From Octopus vulgaris (Eukaryota): a DNA stretch of 64,000 nucleotides. Below the pieces are notes generated by a model that made no database searches, had not been told where the DNA came from, and was given only the letters and a program-made list of their open reading frames with translations. Of this stretch, positions 63,139 through 64,000 are shown in pieces. Each line of letters starts with the position of its first letter. Positions within the stretch are counted from its first letter, which is position 1. Made by a program: the position numbers and the translations under genes. Location of the stretch: the NCBI GenBank assembly GCA_951406725.2, contig OX597822.1, forward strand, positions 63,302,001 through 63,366,000, in the 5' to 3' direction.

Positions 63139-64000
63139 TGAATTTGGTAGGCTAGGAAGTAGACTGTGGATGCCTGTTGAGTGTGTGTGTATAATCCACC
63201 TTCTATGTTGATGATAAACAACGAATTGCTGGAATTTCACATTCCTTTTGGCTATCTTGCAAACCTTGTTATGACTCTAACGATCAACAGTGAATATATA
63301 TGTGTGTGTGTGTGTGTGTATATACATATACATATATATATACATATACATATACACTCCCACCATCACCACCTCTTCACAACCAATGATAGTTAGTTTT
63401 ACGTTGCCATAACTTAGCGGCTCATCAGCAGATACCCACAGAATGGTTAACAGGCTTAAAAAAAACAACATGCAGTGGACATCGATTTATTCGGCTAAAT
63501 CCTTCAAGGCGATGCCCCAGAATGGCCGCAATACAATGAATGAAACAAGTAAAAAGATAAAAGATATGTAGTTTCAGGCGTGGCTGTGTGGCAAGAAGCT
63601 TGCTTCCCAACCATATAATTCCAGGTCCAGTCCCACTGCGTGGCACCTTGGACAGGTGTCTTCTTCTATAGCCTCGGGCCGACCAAAGCCTTGGGAGTGG
63701 ATTTGGTAGGTGGAAACTGAAAGAAGCTTGTCGTATATGTATGTGTGTGTGTGTGTGTGTGCGTGTATAATATGTATGTATTTAAGGCAGCGAGCTGGCA
63801 GAATCATTAACACGCCGGGCGAAATGCTTAGCAGTATTCCCTCAGCCGCTACGTTCTGAGTTCATCCTTTTCGGGGTCGATTAAATAAGTACCAGTTGCG
63901 TACTGGGGTCGATGTAATCGACTTAATCCGTTTGTTTGTCCCTTCAATGTTTAGCTCCATGTGGGCAATAAAGAAATAAATATGTATGTATTTGTGTGTC

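Noticed and set aside
27-63813. Many ORFs rich in YI, CV, HT or MY dipeptides
   Set aside because: Translations of (TA)n, (TG)n and (ATGT)n microsatellites or of SINE bodies.

Overview
AT-rich, microsatellite- and transposon-dense eukaryotic DNA. The repeat landscape (tRNA-derived SINE families, RTE LINE, TTAGGG-bearing MITEs) is most consistent with an octopus (coleoid cephalopod) genome; this assignment is from recall, not a search. I can support one host gene: a 5-exon, minus-strand spermidine/spermine N1-acetyltransferase (SAT/SSAT, GNAT fold) family gene, CDS 24718->7079, 171 aa. It has clean GT-AG splice sites, but its catalytic and acetyl-CoA residues are divergent, and short uORFs sit just upstream of the ATG. 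The rest is mobile or repetitive: a decayed RTE LINE with a PHD finger, CR1 3' ends, Tc1/mariner remnants, Tigger-, piggyBac-, hAT- and Merlin-like MITEs, a Helitron, and several SINE families. The most unusual structures are (i) a SINE that occurs as monomer to hexamer of a fixed 183-184 bp internal unit, with the trimer, both tetramers and the hexamer each inside a single target-site duplication, (ii) long palindromic elements and degenerate minimal hammerhead-ribozyme motifs, mostly near (TA)n tracts (Penelope-like termini), and (iii) telomere-repeat-carrying DNA transposons. No prokaryotic genes, CRISPR arrays or true tRNA/rRNA genes were found. All alignments were done by eye.
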